Assembly: GCA_964016885.1 (NCBI GenBank)
Contig: OZ024741.1
Span: forward strand, 86,242,001 to 86,306,000
Source: Eledone cirrhosa
Lineage: Eukaryota
Reading direction: 5' to 3'
DNA length: 64,000 nucleotides
In this document: in pieces, positions 39,188-53,400 of the stretch
Position numbering within the stretch: the stretch's first letter is position 1
Layout of the letters: every line of letters begins with the position of its first letter
Made by a program: the position numbers and the translations under genes
The notes under the pieces: model-generated
What the model saw: the letters and a program-made list of their open reading frames with translations, nothing else
Databases searched by the model: none
Told to the model about the DNA's origin: nothing

Positions 39188-42100
39188 TGTAAACTGGCAA
39201 TATTGCAAGTGGACATAATTTTGTATCGTCAATGAAGATTGAAATAAAGCCTTTTAACTTCTTACTACTGTGAATTAGTCATGGTCAATTCCAATCTTTA
39301 TTGACATGGATGCTAAGGTTTTCAAGAAGACTCAGTGAAATTCCTACTGAGGAAGAATATCTCCATGGGAAGCGAATGCTTGAGATTTACATTAAAAAAA
39401 CTGAAATATCAGAAGACGGTAAACTATCAGTATTATTAGTATTATGTGGCCACAAAGCTTTTGTCTACATTCAAGATTGTGTGAATTTGCCATACAAGAT
39501 GTCAAATTTAATAAGCAATCTACAGCCATAATGATGCATCACAAACTAAGAACACAAAAGCAAATGGAAGGTGAATCAGTTGACGACTTCATGGATGAAC
39601 TAAAAAATTTAGCAAGAAAATGTCCAACTGGACCATTGACTGCTAATCAACATCATGATATGCTTGTTGGTGGTGCCTTCAATTCTGGATTATTATCCCC
39701 ACAAATAAGGCAAAGATTATTAGAATCAACTGATGAAAGGCTCTCACACATTCATAAACAGGCTCTTACACTTGAGTTAACAATCAAGATTCTCAACGTT
39801 TTGGTAACGCTGAATCACTTGTCCACTACGAAAATCAGCCATCTTCAGCTTCAGTGCAACCATTGATATCAACTATCTAACAATACTGGCAAATCCTTTT
39901 TTTGTGGAGGGCAAAGGCATGAATGTGCAAGATGTCCTGCAAAAGATTCAATCTGCAGCAATTGCTATAAGAAAGGGCGTTGGAAATCTGTATGCTTAGC
40001 TAAAAACAAATCAAAGTCTAAGCAGAAAATTGTAGCTCTCCATCCCATAAATAACTCAGTTGAAGATGGTACTTCAGATTCAATACTAGCTCCAGTTTGT
40101 GACAGAGATAAACAAAATAAAACAATATCACATCTATCGAAACACTTATTGATACAGGATCTGATCTCTCATTCATAATTGAAGACATGGCATTAAAATG
40201 TAAACCTCTGTATCCAACTTTATCGAAGTATTATCGCTAAGGCAGACAAATCAAAAGTTCACGTCCCAGGTAAAACACATTGTCAAATTACCTGTAACAA
40301 TATACTATATTCAGCAAATTTATTTGCGATTAAATCCCTCGTTGTGCCTTTGATAATAGGCTTGATATTTTCTATGCTCACTCATCGGTATTTTTTAACT
40401 GGGGAGGGGGATCAAAGCCACCAATAACCTACTGTCTCGCTCTCTCTGCGATGACCTGCAAGAAATATGACCTCATTCCGGGAGTAGACATTAATAAACT
40501 GAAACTGATTGCAACACCTTAATGCATAACGACTGACCCATCTATAGCTAAGCTAAAGAAATACATTTCCTACTTAGTGATGGAATCATAACTGACAGTT
40601 AAAAAGTTGTTGGTGTGCTCAGTGTTTTGTTGTACAAAGAAAGGAATCTTCCTCCAAAAGATCATTTTTTACCATAAATATTATGTTCGGTATAAAACAA
40701 TTTCCAAGACTGTGGAATTACTGGAACACTGATATAAGGTTTAGTGATCCTTATATATCAAGTATTATGCCGAAAACAACGTATTTAAAATTAAACCAGT
40801 ATTTGCACCTGGTTGATACTTCAAATGCCCCTATTAATTAATTTCACCTGCCCATAAAAGTCAAATTTGACAAAAAAAATCAGGTAAAATTATATAATTG
40901 TAAATTATTGATATTTAAACATCTACTGACAAAATTTCAAGCCTGCACATAGAAAATTAAGAAAATTAAAAACAAATAAAATTGATAACCCTCTTTAGTA
41001 TGATTAACTGAAAATAATTGTTTCTATTATTGGCACAAGGCCAGCAATTACCCAGTGCATTACTGGTACTTTAACTGAAAATAATGCGAACAGATAAGCA
41101 TGACGTTTTAAAATTAATGCGAATGCTAAAGGGTTAAACAATGACTCAAGTTTGCATAGCTGGCTATGTCTTGTATGGACACATCGCTTGTGCTTGAAAC
41201 TGACGCATTGGGGGTAGCAATAGGAGGTACCGTGCATCAAGAAGCAGACCTGTTGCCTCTGTCTAATTCAGAACAAAGGCAGTCAGACATGGAACGTGAG
41301 GCACAGGCTAATGTTGAACGTTGTTAGAAATGGAAGAACATACTAAACATGGTGCCATTTTTCACAATCATAACTGATCAAAGATCAGTGGCCTATATTT
41401 TTGACAGTACTCCTCAAACAAAAAAAAAAATGATAAAATTGCCAGATGCAAACTAGAACTATTGAGATATCACTTCGTCATATCATACAAACCTGGGTCT
41501 GAAAATAAGGCTGCTGACACTCTCTGAAGATGTGCTGTAATTTCTCTTAACTCACAGAACATATTGCTAGCTCTGCATGAAAGATTGTGTCAGTGAGGTG
41601 TGACTCGTATCACTCGTTTCTATCAATTTAAAAATTTACCTTTCTCAATACGGAAAATTAAGGTGACCACTTCTTAGTATCAAGTCTGCCGAGAACTGAA
41701 ACCTCGTTTCCATAATTCAGTTCCTTCTAAGTTGATCACTGCAATGCATCCATGAGAAAGGTTATCAATAGATTTCATCAGCCTTCTTCCATCTTACACG
41801 AATGAAAAATATTAGTTATAGTGGACATATTTTCTTGATACCTGTTTGTGTATTCATGTCCTGATATGTTCTCAGTGACTGTTATTGAAAAACTAGAAGA
41901 CTTGTCTTGTCTGGCTATACATTCAGACAGAGGAGCACAGTTTGAAAGTAAATCTCTTAGATGATTTCTTCTGTTGAATAATATTAAGACTCACACAACA
42001 CCATATTGACCACAAGGAAATGGTCAGTGTGAAAGAATTAATGGGGTGCTCATCAAAACATTAAATCTTGCATTCAGGAGTAAATAGTTAGATAGACACA

Positions 42101-43263
42101 ACTGGAAAAGCGTGCTACCTCTGGCTGTATCTTGTATAAGAGGCCTTCCCTGCACGTCAACGAATTAAACACCTCATGAATGAATTTTGAACTTTCCCAG
42201 ACAGTCCTCTTTGGGACAGGGATTATCTGAATATCTGCTCCAAAAGAATATGGAAGTCCTAAAAAGAATTCATGTATGAAATAAAATGGATCCTCTGATT
42301 GAAAGAATAACCCTATTGGAAATTCTATCACCATATGTGGCATAGCCCGTAATCTATTTGTTATTACCCTGGATTATGTCCTGTAAACATCTCTTGATAA
42401 ACAATGATTTGGGCTTTACCTTGTCTCCCAAGATTATCCAAACGTCATCCTGGGAAAAAATTGACTGATGTCGATTATGCAGATGATCTAGCTTTGCTTC
42501 ATCATCTCGAGAAAGCTACAAATGACAGACTCTTGGTAAACGCTTCAAAAAGGGAGCTCATCAGCTTCAATCAGCTAGGCTCTATTGAAACACTCACTGA
42601 AGAATCTATCAAATTTGTTAAGAACCTCACATATCTTGGTAGTGAAATCAATTCAGCTGAAAAGTATATGAAGATCAGAATAGCTAATGCATGGACCGCC
42701 CTTAACAAGATGGACATAATCTGGAAATCTGATCTTCCAGACAGCCTAAAATGCAGCTTCTTCCATGCTACTGTAGAATTAGTCTTGATGTATGGTGCCA
42801 TTGCTTGGACACTGACCAAAAAGCTAGAATCCAAACTGATGGAACTTATACACAGATGCTCAAGGTTGTACTTAATATCTCATGGGCACAGCATCCTACC
42901 AAAGAACTGCTCTATGGTACCATCTCTGATATATCTGCAGTATTGCGGGAACGAAGAATGCGATTTGCAGGACACTGCTGCTGAACAAAGCAAGAACTTG
43001 TTAGTGATTTTTTGCTTTGGGTACCTAGCCACGGTCAGAGGAAGGTTGCCCGACTGGCTTTAACTTACATCGACCAATTATGTAGAGATGCTCCCAAAAT
43101 GACTTCCCAACATTTATGCTTGATTCTGATGGATGGCGTGCTAGGCTCATGAATGTAAACTAGCCACATTAGTTCCCAGTGGCCATAATTTTGTATTGTC
43201 GATGAAGATTGGAATAAAGCCTTATAATTTATTACTATGAATTAGTCGTGCTCTTACATCACA
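39188..43263 (+). mobile_element. Decayed Ty3/Gypsy LTR retrotransposon, RT largely deleted
   Basis: Gag QMEGESVDDFMDELKNLARKC..QIRQRLLE; zinc knuckles FFCGGQRH..CPAKDSICSNCYKKG; protease LIDTGSD (~40146); RNase H LETDA..FTIITDQRSV..YKPGSENKAADTL; integrase IHSDRGAQFES..PQGNGQCERING; diverged LTR segments 39188-39283 / 43154-43263. Confidence 0.9.
42389..43153 (+). mobile_element. 5'-truncated RTE inserted in the Gypsy 3' LTR region
   Basis: LTDVDYADDLALL..YLGSEI..VLMYGAIAWTLTKK..ERRMRFAGHC; flanking TGTAAAC at 42382-42388 and 43154-43160 (candidate TSD). Confidence 0.85.
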
Positions 43264-44142
43264 ATAGATTCTACTCATACAATGTTTGAATTTCTTGGTG
43301 TTATGTATTTTATTAAACATTTTAATTCTTTACTACTTATATATTTCTTTAACTCTTAACATCCTGTACTGCATGAAATCACATTAGTATACATTCTTGA
43401 AAAGTACAAAATAGCACTGTAACTGTATCACATTAAAGATTGTCTTTACTCTAATACTGCAATTTGTCCATTTATAAAGATATTATAGACATTTGAATTA
43501 AACTTGTTTTTAAACATTTTCTGCTAAATCATTTATCAGGACTACAGTAATTTAAGCCCTGATCATGTGATTTTGTTTTACTGTTGTTTAGTCAAGGAGG
43601 GAAGGGCAGTGCCTAACTGTTTTTTTGGTTTCTGAAATTGATGCAAAGGAGGGTGGTATCTGGTATCCTAAATTGGACACATGCTTGCAACTGAGTGAAC
43701 CCCACTAAAGGCATCCAAGGACCTGATGGTGGTGTAAAATTTCCATCTACTACTCAATTTGGCCACAAGAGTATTTGAATTCAGAATACAAAGAAAGAAC
43801 AAATACTGCTAAGCATCTAGTCCAACTCTTAACATTTCTGACAATTCACTGCCCTGGTACTTTATTTTATCAATCAGGAAAGGCAACGAAAATATTATGC
43901 CTTGACAATAAAATACTTTGTGCAAATAAATGTTTTATGACAGTTGACATGTCTTTGGATCAAATCTATGTAAAATTTATCTTAATCATCGTCATTATAG
44001 TTTTATGCCTGCATTCTATGAATTCGATGGGTTGTCATAGTCCAAGTCAGTTCTTATTCAAAGTTACAACCCTATAGACAGGTCAGAAGACCACATCTCA
44101 CCTATTTTTGGATACCCTTCCTAATACTAACCATTTACGGTG

Positions 44143-44447
44143 TGCAATCGAAAGGTTGTGAGTTTAATTCTCAGACCGGGTGATGTGTTGTTTCCTTGAG
44201 CAAGACACTTTATTTCACATTGCTCCAGTTTACTCAGCTGTAGAAATGAGATGATAGGGACACCAGTCCCTATCATTCCACTGCAAAGTGGTCGTGGAGG
44301 TGCCATGACAAAAAAGCACCCAGCACTCACTGTAAATGAGGTTGGTGTTAGGAAGGGCATCCAGCTGTAGAAATCAAGCCAGAATCAGTTCCCGTCCCAC
44401 CCTTGCAAGCAGGGAAAAGCGGACGTAAAATGATGATGATTATGATG
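44143..44447 (+). mobile_element. tRNA/CORE SINE with RTE tail (5'-truncated)
   Basis: Near-identical to 23865-24172. Confidence 0.92.
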
Positions 44448-45899
44448 AACTGGCTGTGTTTTATTGTGTCACTAACACTAGAGAGGTGGTTATGCCCTTA
44501 GCTAGACTAAAAGAGTACTCACCACTTTATATTATCTCTGTTCATTTAAGACTATATAATAATGAGAGAGAGAGAGCAATAATAGAAGAATTAGGGTGAG
44601 TATGAGAGGAGAAGCAGTGTTTAAGATGATAGTGGGAAGAAATGGGAGAGACAGTAATAACAAGGAATAATGGAAGTAGCAATGAAAGTTGAGACTAATG
44701 GCAGCTTTATTTTTACTGGTGAGAGAAAGCAAGTGATAGATAGTAAGAGAGATTTGGTGATAGTAGGTAAGAGAGTAATGAATGTGAATAGTATGCAGTG
44801 TTGGCAGTACAGAAAAGGGAGTGGTGGTAGATTATATTATGTATAAACAGATTGTTTTATATATTTAATGATTTTTTAATTTTTTATTTTTATTGACCAA
44901 TCAAAAACGTTATCTAGTTTTCAAAGCTAATTTGAATGATGTTTTCCCCTCAGTTAATTTTTTCAAAATTTAGTATAGCTTTACCACCTACTGGTTCCAG
45001 AGACCACCTACTGGTTCTTAAGACATTGGAAATATTGGGAGAAAATGTTCCAACTTTACAATAGATGATTCAGACCAAAGTTTTTCAAGGCTAGCAGTGA
45101 AAATGAAGTTAAAGAGGAAGTAAATTATGTAAACAAACACACTGATTGACACTATATCATGCAGCTCGCAAAAATGAGATAGAAATAAGACTGAGATAGA
45201 TTTTTAAAAAACAACAAAAAAATTCTTCCTAGAGTGTTCCCAATGAAGAAAACATTGGTCTAGTAATATGGAAAAGAAAAACTTGTGAAAATTGTTCAAA
45301 ACAGTTTCATTAACCACTTAGCAGGTAAACTTATATACAAATCAAACCAACTAAAAGTGGTTGCTCGACCTGTTTAAAATAGCAGCTAGATCTCTTGAAT
45401 TACCACCTTTAAAAAAAAGGACACATTAAATAATGTAGTCCTAGATATACTGTGTCTAAAAATAAGATAGAATGGTCAAGGCTAGAACCCTTTTGATCTT
45501 GGCGTCTGATTGATTGAAGCTTGACTTAACTTATATACAGATTGTTTTCAACACTACCACATGGTAAATTTATATGATATTTATGGAAAGTCAATTTATA
45601 ATTTTCCTAATATTTTCACCATGTTCATTGTATATATTCATATTTTATACTGTTTGTTTTTTGGGAAGTTTATTACATTATACCAAAAATATATCCTCAA
45701 ACAAAGAAAATTATTTTTAACACGTTTAATAGTATATTTTCAATATTTAATAATGAAAATTATATAGAAATTTTTATAAAAATTGAAGCATTAGGAGTGT
45801 TTATCTATGAAATATGTTTATTACGAAATGTCTTTAAAAAAAATCTTCATGAACAAAGAGAACATTCTGTAATTTGGATTTATGGCGTTGCAAAAGGAA

Positions 45900-46560
45900 A
45901 TAAGTTATAGGGCTTATCTCTCAATGTCAACTGCCAGACCACCCATCTGTCTTTACATGTATCTTTCAAAGCTCTCTATCCATCATTAGCGTTCTGTCCA
46001 CTCTAGTATCTTCCAGCAGGGGTTATCAATGTAATTTTTCCTTCTACTCCTGTTTGTGTATTGATCTGATGGTCCCTACAGAGCAAGTTTATTTGCTCTC
46101 TCTTCATGATGATGAATATTGTAATCTAAAAGTTTCCTTCTCCTCTGTCTTTTCATTTCCAATACTGGTGGAAGCTGTCAATACAATTCTCAACTAGTGA
46201 GTTTGTTTCCATGAAACATTGCCCCATGCAACATTCTTGTATAGCAGTCATTAATTCTCTGTTCTAGTTGCCTTGTTATGCTTTATCCTTCTGATCTATA
46301 CAAGAGAACAAACTCCACTGTTGCAAAAAAATAAAATAAAAATAAATAAATAAAAAAGCCTTTCTTTGAGCCTTCTACTCATCTATGATGTCAATATCCT
46401 CTTCAACTTATGGTCGATTAAGCAAGTGTCTTTCTCACCTGAATATCTTTTCACTGCTTTTTCCCCAAACACCTACATATTTGAAGTTGTCAATTTCCTA
46501 GATGTAATCTCTTGCTGTCTTAGATGTTGTGCTGAGAGATCTATAGATGTTCTAACCCTG
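45900..46560 (-). mobile_element. Highly decayed RTE 3' fragment
   Basis: Minus-strand remnants ATVE.VLLYRSE..ITRQLEQRINDCYTRML and FKYVG. Confidence 0.55.
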
Positions 46561-46794
46561 CATGCCCCCCCCCCCCTTTTGTGCAATCCTACTGTGTCAC
46601 CTTTTGTTTCCACCCCTTGCAGTAGTTGTGCTGGTACTATTTCATAGGAAATTAGTGCTTAAGAGATGGTTCTCAGTAATTCAAGCATGTCCTATGCCAA
46701 CATGTTAAAGAAAGGGAAAAAATGGATTGGACCTAAGAAATAATGTTTTCATTGGTCTTTCCATTGTTGATGCTAACTGTTGGTCACAACTTCT

Positions 46795-46918
46795 GGCAAA
46801 AGGAGCAAGATGAAATAAAATATTTTGTTTAAGAACATAATGTGCCACCTGATCTAGGAATTGAACCCAAGACCTTATGATCATTAGTCCAACATTCCTA
46901 ATCACTAGACCACATGCT
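46795..46918 (-). mobile_element. Old tRNA/CORE SINE head (similar decayed SINEs ~49230-49390 + and ~61075-61240 -)
   Basis: TGGTCTAGTGATTAG..GGGTTCAATTCC..TTTATTTCATCTTGCTCC on the minus strand. Confidence 0.55.
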
Positions 46919-48108
46919 CTGACAAACATGTTAAATAAATATAAATCAGAACTGATTTTCATCTCATTTTGTTAGCTGTAAATATTCTCAGAATTATTTA
47001 ATTTTTAAAATGATGGTTTATAATTTCCTTGTTTTTTTTTATCACTATCCTTCCAATTATCTATGAAGTTAAAAATGATAAATGTAATGTTTGGTTTTTC
47101 CATTCAGTTTTGAAATGTATACTTACTCATTATTACCACCACGAATATCTCATCTTTGAGTCTTAACACCTTTACTTAATTATATTGGATTGGCATAGTC
47201 ATCATTGCTTTACTTTTTATATAGAGGCAACAGTTCTTTCTATAAACTTCTTTCTTAGCAAATCACTATTATTATTAATTCCATTGCCATGCACACAAAC
47301 TAAATAGTCTTTTCTCTTTTTTTGGTTCATACTGTTATTTTACATCAGTGTTCCTAAACCTTTATTGACCAGTTAGTGTATCTGACATAAGCTTATACTT
47401 TGGTGCATAAATTGATTGTACTGACTATACATACAATATTGACTTTCAGCATAATTTCATTCCTGTATAGTGAATACAGCTATTTCCTGATGTTATTTAG
47501 GCTTGGGAAACTGAGGCTGAAGTCAGAAATTTGATGAATGTTCTGCTGATACCTCATCTAGTTCCTTCTCAAGCTTCTCATTTTTAAGCCAACCTTTTTA
47601 TTGCATGAAACTGCATTAGCCAGATGTACTTGAAAAGTATAAAACAGCACTATGATTGTGCCACATTGAAAATTAAAGTCTTTATTCTAATACTGCAAAT
47701 GAAATCTTTAGTTTACTGCAAATTTTCACAACCTGTCCACTAGTAAATGACACTATGAATATTTCAATTAACAAATTTGTATTTGGATATTCTCTGCTAA
47801 ATCTTTGCAAGAGGTTAACAGTTAGGTTAATAAATGTAAAGAATTTTATTTGGCACAAACATCTGTTTTAACTGTCTCACCGGAAAAGATATTTGTTCAG
47901 CAACAGTCTCAAACCACAATCTGTGCTTTCCAATTCTATTCTGTATCACGATTAAGACACTCTTTTACTATCTCCATTATTTCAAATTCTTTAAGTTCTG
48001 ACTTCTTTGGAGAATATATTTTTGTATAATAAATGTATTATATATGCTTCCATATAAGCTTCTCTCTATATATATATTTATGTATGTATGTGTGTGTGCG
48101 CGCACATG

Positions 48109-48141
<33 letters not shown>

Positions 48142-48242
48142 GCACACGCACACGCATACACGCATACACACACACACACATGCACACACACGCACACACA
48201 TGCACACACACACACATGCACACACCAGTATCCTCTTCCACC

Positions 48243-49110
48243 TCATCATCATCGTTTTTATGTCCACTTTCCATGTTGGCATTGGTTGGATGGGTTATGT
48301 TCTGAGCCTAGACTGATCAGGAGATCACGTCTTGTTCATACATTCTATATTTCACATGGTTTCTGCAGTTGGATACCCCTTTTAACACCAATCACCTTAT
48401 AGGGTATACTGGGTGCATTTTTTTATAGTACCAGAACTACCACTTTACAAAGTGTGTTGGGTGCATTTTATTGTGGCACCAGCACTAGAGAGAGTTCTTT
48501 CTACCCTATGTTGTCTCTGTTCAATTGCCAAATGCTGTAGCTTTCTGTCTCTCACCGCATTTTCTTTTAGTGTTGCAGTATTTGTACTAGTGGATGTTTT
48601 TTCTTTGTATTATGGCATACTGCCAGTCCACCCAGCACTGTGTCATCTCTTTTGTGAGGTTCAGTTTTCTGAGGTCATTCCTCACAACTTTACCCCATAT
48701 CTTTATTGGTCTTCTTCTTCCACAGATTCCATATACTTTAAGTGTTCAAGCACATATTTATACACTTCTCATTCTCCTTATTCATAACATGCCCCAACCA
48801 GCATAACCATCTCTTGCACACTGCATTCAACTCCTCTTATACTCAACTTTTCTCTCAGTTCACTTTTGCTGTCATGCATGCTCATGTTACACATCTAGCG
48901 AAGCCTTCTTGCTTGATTTCTTTTTAGATGCTGTAAATGCTCTGCTCTGCTCACAAGGCCCAACATATTATGGTCATGCAGCATTGCAGTTTGAGCACAT
49001 GCCACATATAATCTACCCATCAGAGGTAACAGCTACCTGAACACCTTCCACCTTCTCATTCTGGCTACATCCATCTCTCCTACTAAACCCTAGCAGAAAC
49101 TGTCTCCCTC
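48243..49110 (-). mobile_element. Decayed RTE 3' end with tail
   Basis: (ATC)n tail with CCATGTTGGCATTGG stem-loop; remnants of TAMLH and RPIKIWG. Confidence 0.65.
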
Positions 49111-49404
49111 TTCCAGTGAACCTTCTGAGCATTAGACAGTTTATGGATACATATTATTATCATCTTTATAAAATTTTATATTATTGTTTTATATATTTAG
49201 CTTCTTTGGTAATTTTGACTAATGACTACAAGCATGATCTTTTGTCTAAGAAGTTTGCTTCACAAATTATGAGGTTCCAGGTTGATCCTTATACATGGCT
49301 TCTTGAGCTGGTGCTACCACCATTGTCACAAGTAGATTAAAGACTTGTAAGTGAAATCCGGTAGACCGTAACTGCACAGAAGTCTACTGAAGATTATATA
49401 TATA

Positions 49405-50170
49405 CTAGCAGAATGGCCCAGCGTTGCTCAGGATTTGCTATAGGGGTCTTATATATTTGATATATATTTATCCTTATCGAACCTCGTGAAATAAATACGT
49501 TTGTTTATATTTTGTTATTGTGTATGCAAAAATATCTGTCCATAAATATATAATTATATATATATATATTAAAATAACGACTAAAGTTTAAGCAAAGAAT
49601 CACTGCTTTCACCCTTAACGGGATATTCTACCTAAAAGCAGTATGAAGTACATACACTAAGACTAATTGATGTAATCTTTGGCCTTGTTTGTTTATATTT
49701 TGTTTTTGTGTATGCAAAAATATCTGTACACGAATATCTATATTAAAATAACATATTAATGTTTAAGCAAAGAATCGCTGCTTTCAACCTTAACGGGATC
49801 TTCTGAAACTAAAAAAATCAATCTGGAAAACAGGAAGATGATACTTTGGTTCGTGAAGACGTTCCCTGGCATAAGAATATATATACACACACACTGCATT
49901 ACGTCATTATGACGCGATCAGACAGTCAGGCATACAGACAGATATTATGAAGGCGCAATGTCATATCTATGTATCTATCTAAAAAGAGAAAGACTAAGAG
50001 AAAGAGATCGGTAAACCGCCTAATGCGGTCCCTAGGGCATTGAAAATTTGAAATTTTTTTTGCTCAAAACACTTCCGGGGTCATACGAGTTACATGGATA
50101 AAGTTTGAAAAAAAACCGGTTGGGTACTTCTCGAGTTTTAGGGAAACAGACACACAGACATCCTCTGTTT

Positions 50171-50180
<10 letters not shown>
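49405..50180 (-). mobile_element. Non-autonomous Helitron
   Basis: Minus 3' end: GC-rich imperfect hairpin CCTGAGCAACGCTGGG then CTAG|T. 5' end TATATTATATAAAACAGAGGATGTCTGTGTGTCTGT. Internal ~120-bp duplication (~49497-49630 / 49687-49800). Confidence 0.72.
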
Positions 50181-50218
<38 letters not shown>

Positions 50219-50400
50219 ATCAATATCATCACCACCACCACCATTTAATGTCTATTTTCCATGCTGTGTGCTTTTTTCATGGCATCAGCACTACCTCATT
50301 ACTGCACTAAGGTGCTCAATGTCTTTGGCCTTGTTGGGGAGACATTAATGGGGGTTTGTGCTGGGGTACACGTATGCACACACACACGTGTGTGTATGTA

Positions 50401-50446
<46 letters not shown>

Positions 50447-50453
<7 letters not shown>

Positions 50454-50860
50454 AATCGGAACATGCCCAATTGCACCTCTCAAAAATGATGACACAAGGC
50501 CGTGACCTCTGGCATCACACAGTAATACAGAAGACCCGACTTCCCATGGGAACAAGCTGAAGCATATAGACAATATGCTCCCATCCCCTCCCACTGCAAA
50601 GTGATCGTTGAGGTGTCACGACAAAAAAGCACCCAGCCTGCACTGTAATGTGGTCGTGTAGGTGCCACGGAAAAAAAAAGCACCCAGCACTCACTGTAAA
50701 TGAGGTTGGTGTGAGGAAGAGCATCCAGCTGTAGAAATGAAGCCAAAATTAGTTCCTGTATGAGCAAGACAAGGTTACCTGAACTGACATTGCCCACAAC
50801 AGGACAACCCATCTAACCCATGCTAGCGTGGAAGAATGGATGTAAAACGGTGATGTTGAT
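50447..50860 (+). mobile_element. RTE family B 3' end
   Basis: Matches 31371-31790; flanked by (TA)n. Confidence 0.9.
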
Positions 50861-50879
50861 ATATAAATGTATATATATA

Positions 50880-51285
50880 TCTTAGTCTTAGGTTCTTCTG
50901 CACCTTTCGGCACATCTAGCTGTAAGTAGTCCCCAACAGTCATGATCAGCAGCAGCCTTTTTGTGTTCATGCTAAGTGATGTTTGTTGCCAGGTGGAGTC
51001 CAATTCATTGTTGTTTTTGAGTGTCGTTCGTTGGGCAGGTTCAGAATATGGCTAGCCAGACAGCACTGGCGCTCTGTGACCACCTTCTGCAGTATCCACG
51101 ATTTGGCTTTCCGCAGCATTTCCTCGTTTTGCATTCAGTCATGCCAGGACACTTGAAGGATCATTCACAGGCACCACTGGTGGAATGCTTTTAGCTGTCT
51201 CGCTGACTTTGCTGTGCTCTTCCAGGTTTCGCTCATGTAAAGCAGTGTAGGCAAAACGATGCTCTTGTACAGACATTGCTTGATC
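50880..51285 (-). mobile_element. RTE C-terminal fragment (different subfamily)
   Basis: LYKSIVLPTLLYMSETWKSTAKSARQLKAFHQWCL. Confidence 0.7.
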
Positions 51286-51593
51286 ATATGCACGCACGCA
51301 CGTGTGTGTGTGTATATATATATTATAAATATATATAGCATAAGTAGAAAGTAACTATATGAATACACTCATACTCACACGAGTTAACTGAAGAGAATTT
51401 TAAAATGACCATTCAATAATATATTTAAGCCCAATTTGTTAATATCATCACAGATAGAAATATAGAAGTGTTGTTTTAAGAAGGGTGACATAGAACAGAG
51501 CATATACAACAATTTTAGATGATAGGAAAGAGTTCTTAAATGATTTAATGTTTTTTCTGTGCTTGCTTTTCATTAGCTCATGGGATTGCATCG

Positions 51594-51725
51594 ATGCCTC
51601 TGAAGATGTACAATAATCAATGATACTTAGCTATGTTCAATATATATTTTTTCTTTATTTTATTCTATTATATTGTCCTGTAAATGTTATTTTTTGAATG
51701 TTGTATTGAAACAATTGTAAAGCAT
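51594..51725 (+). ncRNA. Type-I hammerhead with very long AU-rich loop II (probable PLE pLTR remnant)
   Basis: AUGCCU-CUGAAGA-U-GUACAAUA-(~83 nt)-UGUUGUAU-U-GAAA-CAAUUG-UA^AAGCAU. Palindromic stem III ACAAUUGU, 8-bp stem II base, stem I 5/6 paired. Confidence 0.68.
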
Positions 51726-51779
51726 TAAATTATTTAAAAACTTGTTTCTATCATCTGAATTTGTTGTCCTCCACACACA

Positions 51780-53400
51780 TCAGGGTGATCCAATAAGGAT
51801 GATCTGATTAAGGATGCCAGTCATAGCACAGAAATCATGCCCACCCACTCCCTCAATAGAAAATATGAATGGAATAACAACAACCCCATTGATGCAACTG
51901 TCATCACATAGTGGTTGATGATAAACCTTAACACAGGATAGTGTCATACCCAACGATTGATGCAGCAGTATCATTGTTAATTGCTACAATGGCAGAAGAG
52001 AACCACTAGAGAGAAGAAACTACAGAGGCATCAAGTTGAAGGACCAGGTCATGAAAGTTGCTGAAAGGGTTATAGCACAACTAATTAAGGAAAGAATCAA
52101 GTTAGATGAGATGCAGCTTGGATTAATGCCAGGTAGCAGTACTTTCTGGTGAGATATCTACAGGAGAAGTACTTGACTGCAGTAAGCCACTGTATCTAGC
52201 ATTTGTAGTTCTGGAGAAGGCCTTTCACAGGGTCCCACGCTTTATATTCTGGTGGACACTTAGGAAGCTAGGTGCAAACAAATGACTTGTGAGGGTCTTG
52301 CAGACCATGTATATAAGAGCAACCAGCAAAGTGAGAGTTGGCAGTGATGAATTTGAAGTGGTGGTGGTGGGGACACCAGGGATCAGTCTTGTCTACTCCT
52401 GTTTATCATTGTACTTCGAGACATCATTGAGGAGTTTAAAACTGGCTTTCAATGGAAGCTCCTATATACTGACAACCTAGTCCCCATAGCTGAAACTGTT
52501 GCAGTGTTTGAGGCAGAATTTCAAGCATGGAAGAAGAACCTAGAGTTGAAAGGCCTAAAAGTAAATTTAGGAATGAAGACAGGAAGGTGACATCATCAGG
52601 AAAGTGCCCTTGTTTGATATGTCAGAAAGGGGTGGCCAGAAATTCTATAATGTGCGCACAGTGTAATCTATGGATGCACAAGAGATGTAGTGGGATTGCT
52701 GGTAGGCTAATGGAAAAGATAAACTTTATACGTAGCAGAATGCACAGGAGAAGTGAGCACAAAGAACACACATGAAATAGATTCCATCACCTAGGTAACA
52801 AAAGCTGTCAACAACTTCCCTAGAAGTTGTTGACAGCTTTCATTACCTAGGTGATGAAATTAGCAGTGGGGAAGGATGCACTGAAAGTGTGATAGCTAGG
52901 ATAAGAACAGGTTGGAAGATGTTTAGAGATCCATTACTGCTGCTGGCAACAAAATGCTTTTTTTCTCAGAGTGAAGGGTAGAATGTATGATACCTGTATG
53001 CGAACTGCAATGCTACATGGCAGTGAAACACGAGCCTTGACTGCAGAAGATTTGCACATGCTAGACAGAAATGAGTCGGATATGATCCGATGGATGTGTA
53101 ATGTTAGTGTGCATGAGCAACAGCATAAGCAAACTGAGAGAAAAACTTTGCGTAAGAGGAATCGGATGTAGTGTGCAAGAGAGAAGTCTGCATTGGTATG
53201 GACATGTGCTGTCCAACGAAGATAGCAACTGCATAACGAAATGCAGAGAAACTCCAGTGGGAGAAACAGACCCAGGAAGACATGGGATGAGGTTGTGAAG
53301 ACTAACTTTAGAAAACTAAACTTCACAACAAAAATGATTAAGGACCGCGAGGGTTGGTGTTATGCTGTCTGTGCTGAAGACGACTCTACCTACAACATAC
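51780..53400 (+). mobile_element. Decayed RTE LINE (A/B-related, older)
   Basis: [65 protein letters not shown]. Confidence 0.9.
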
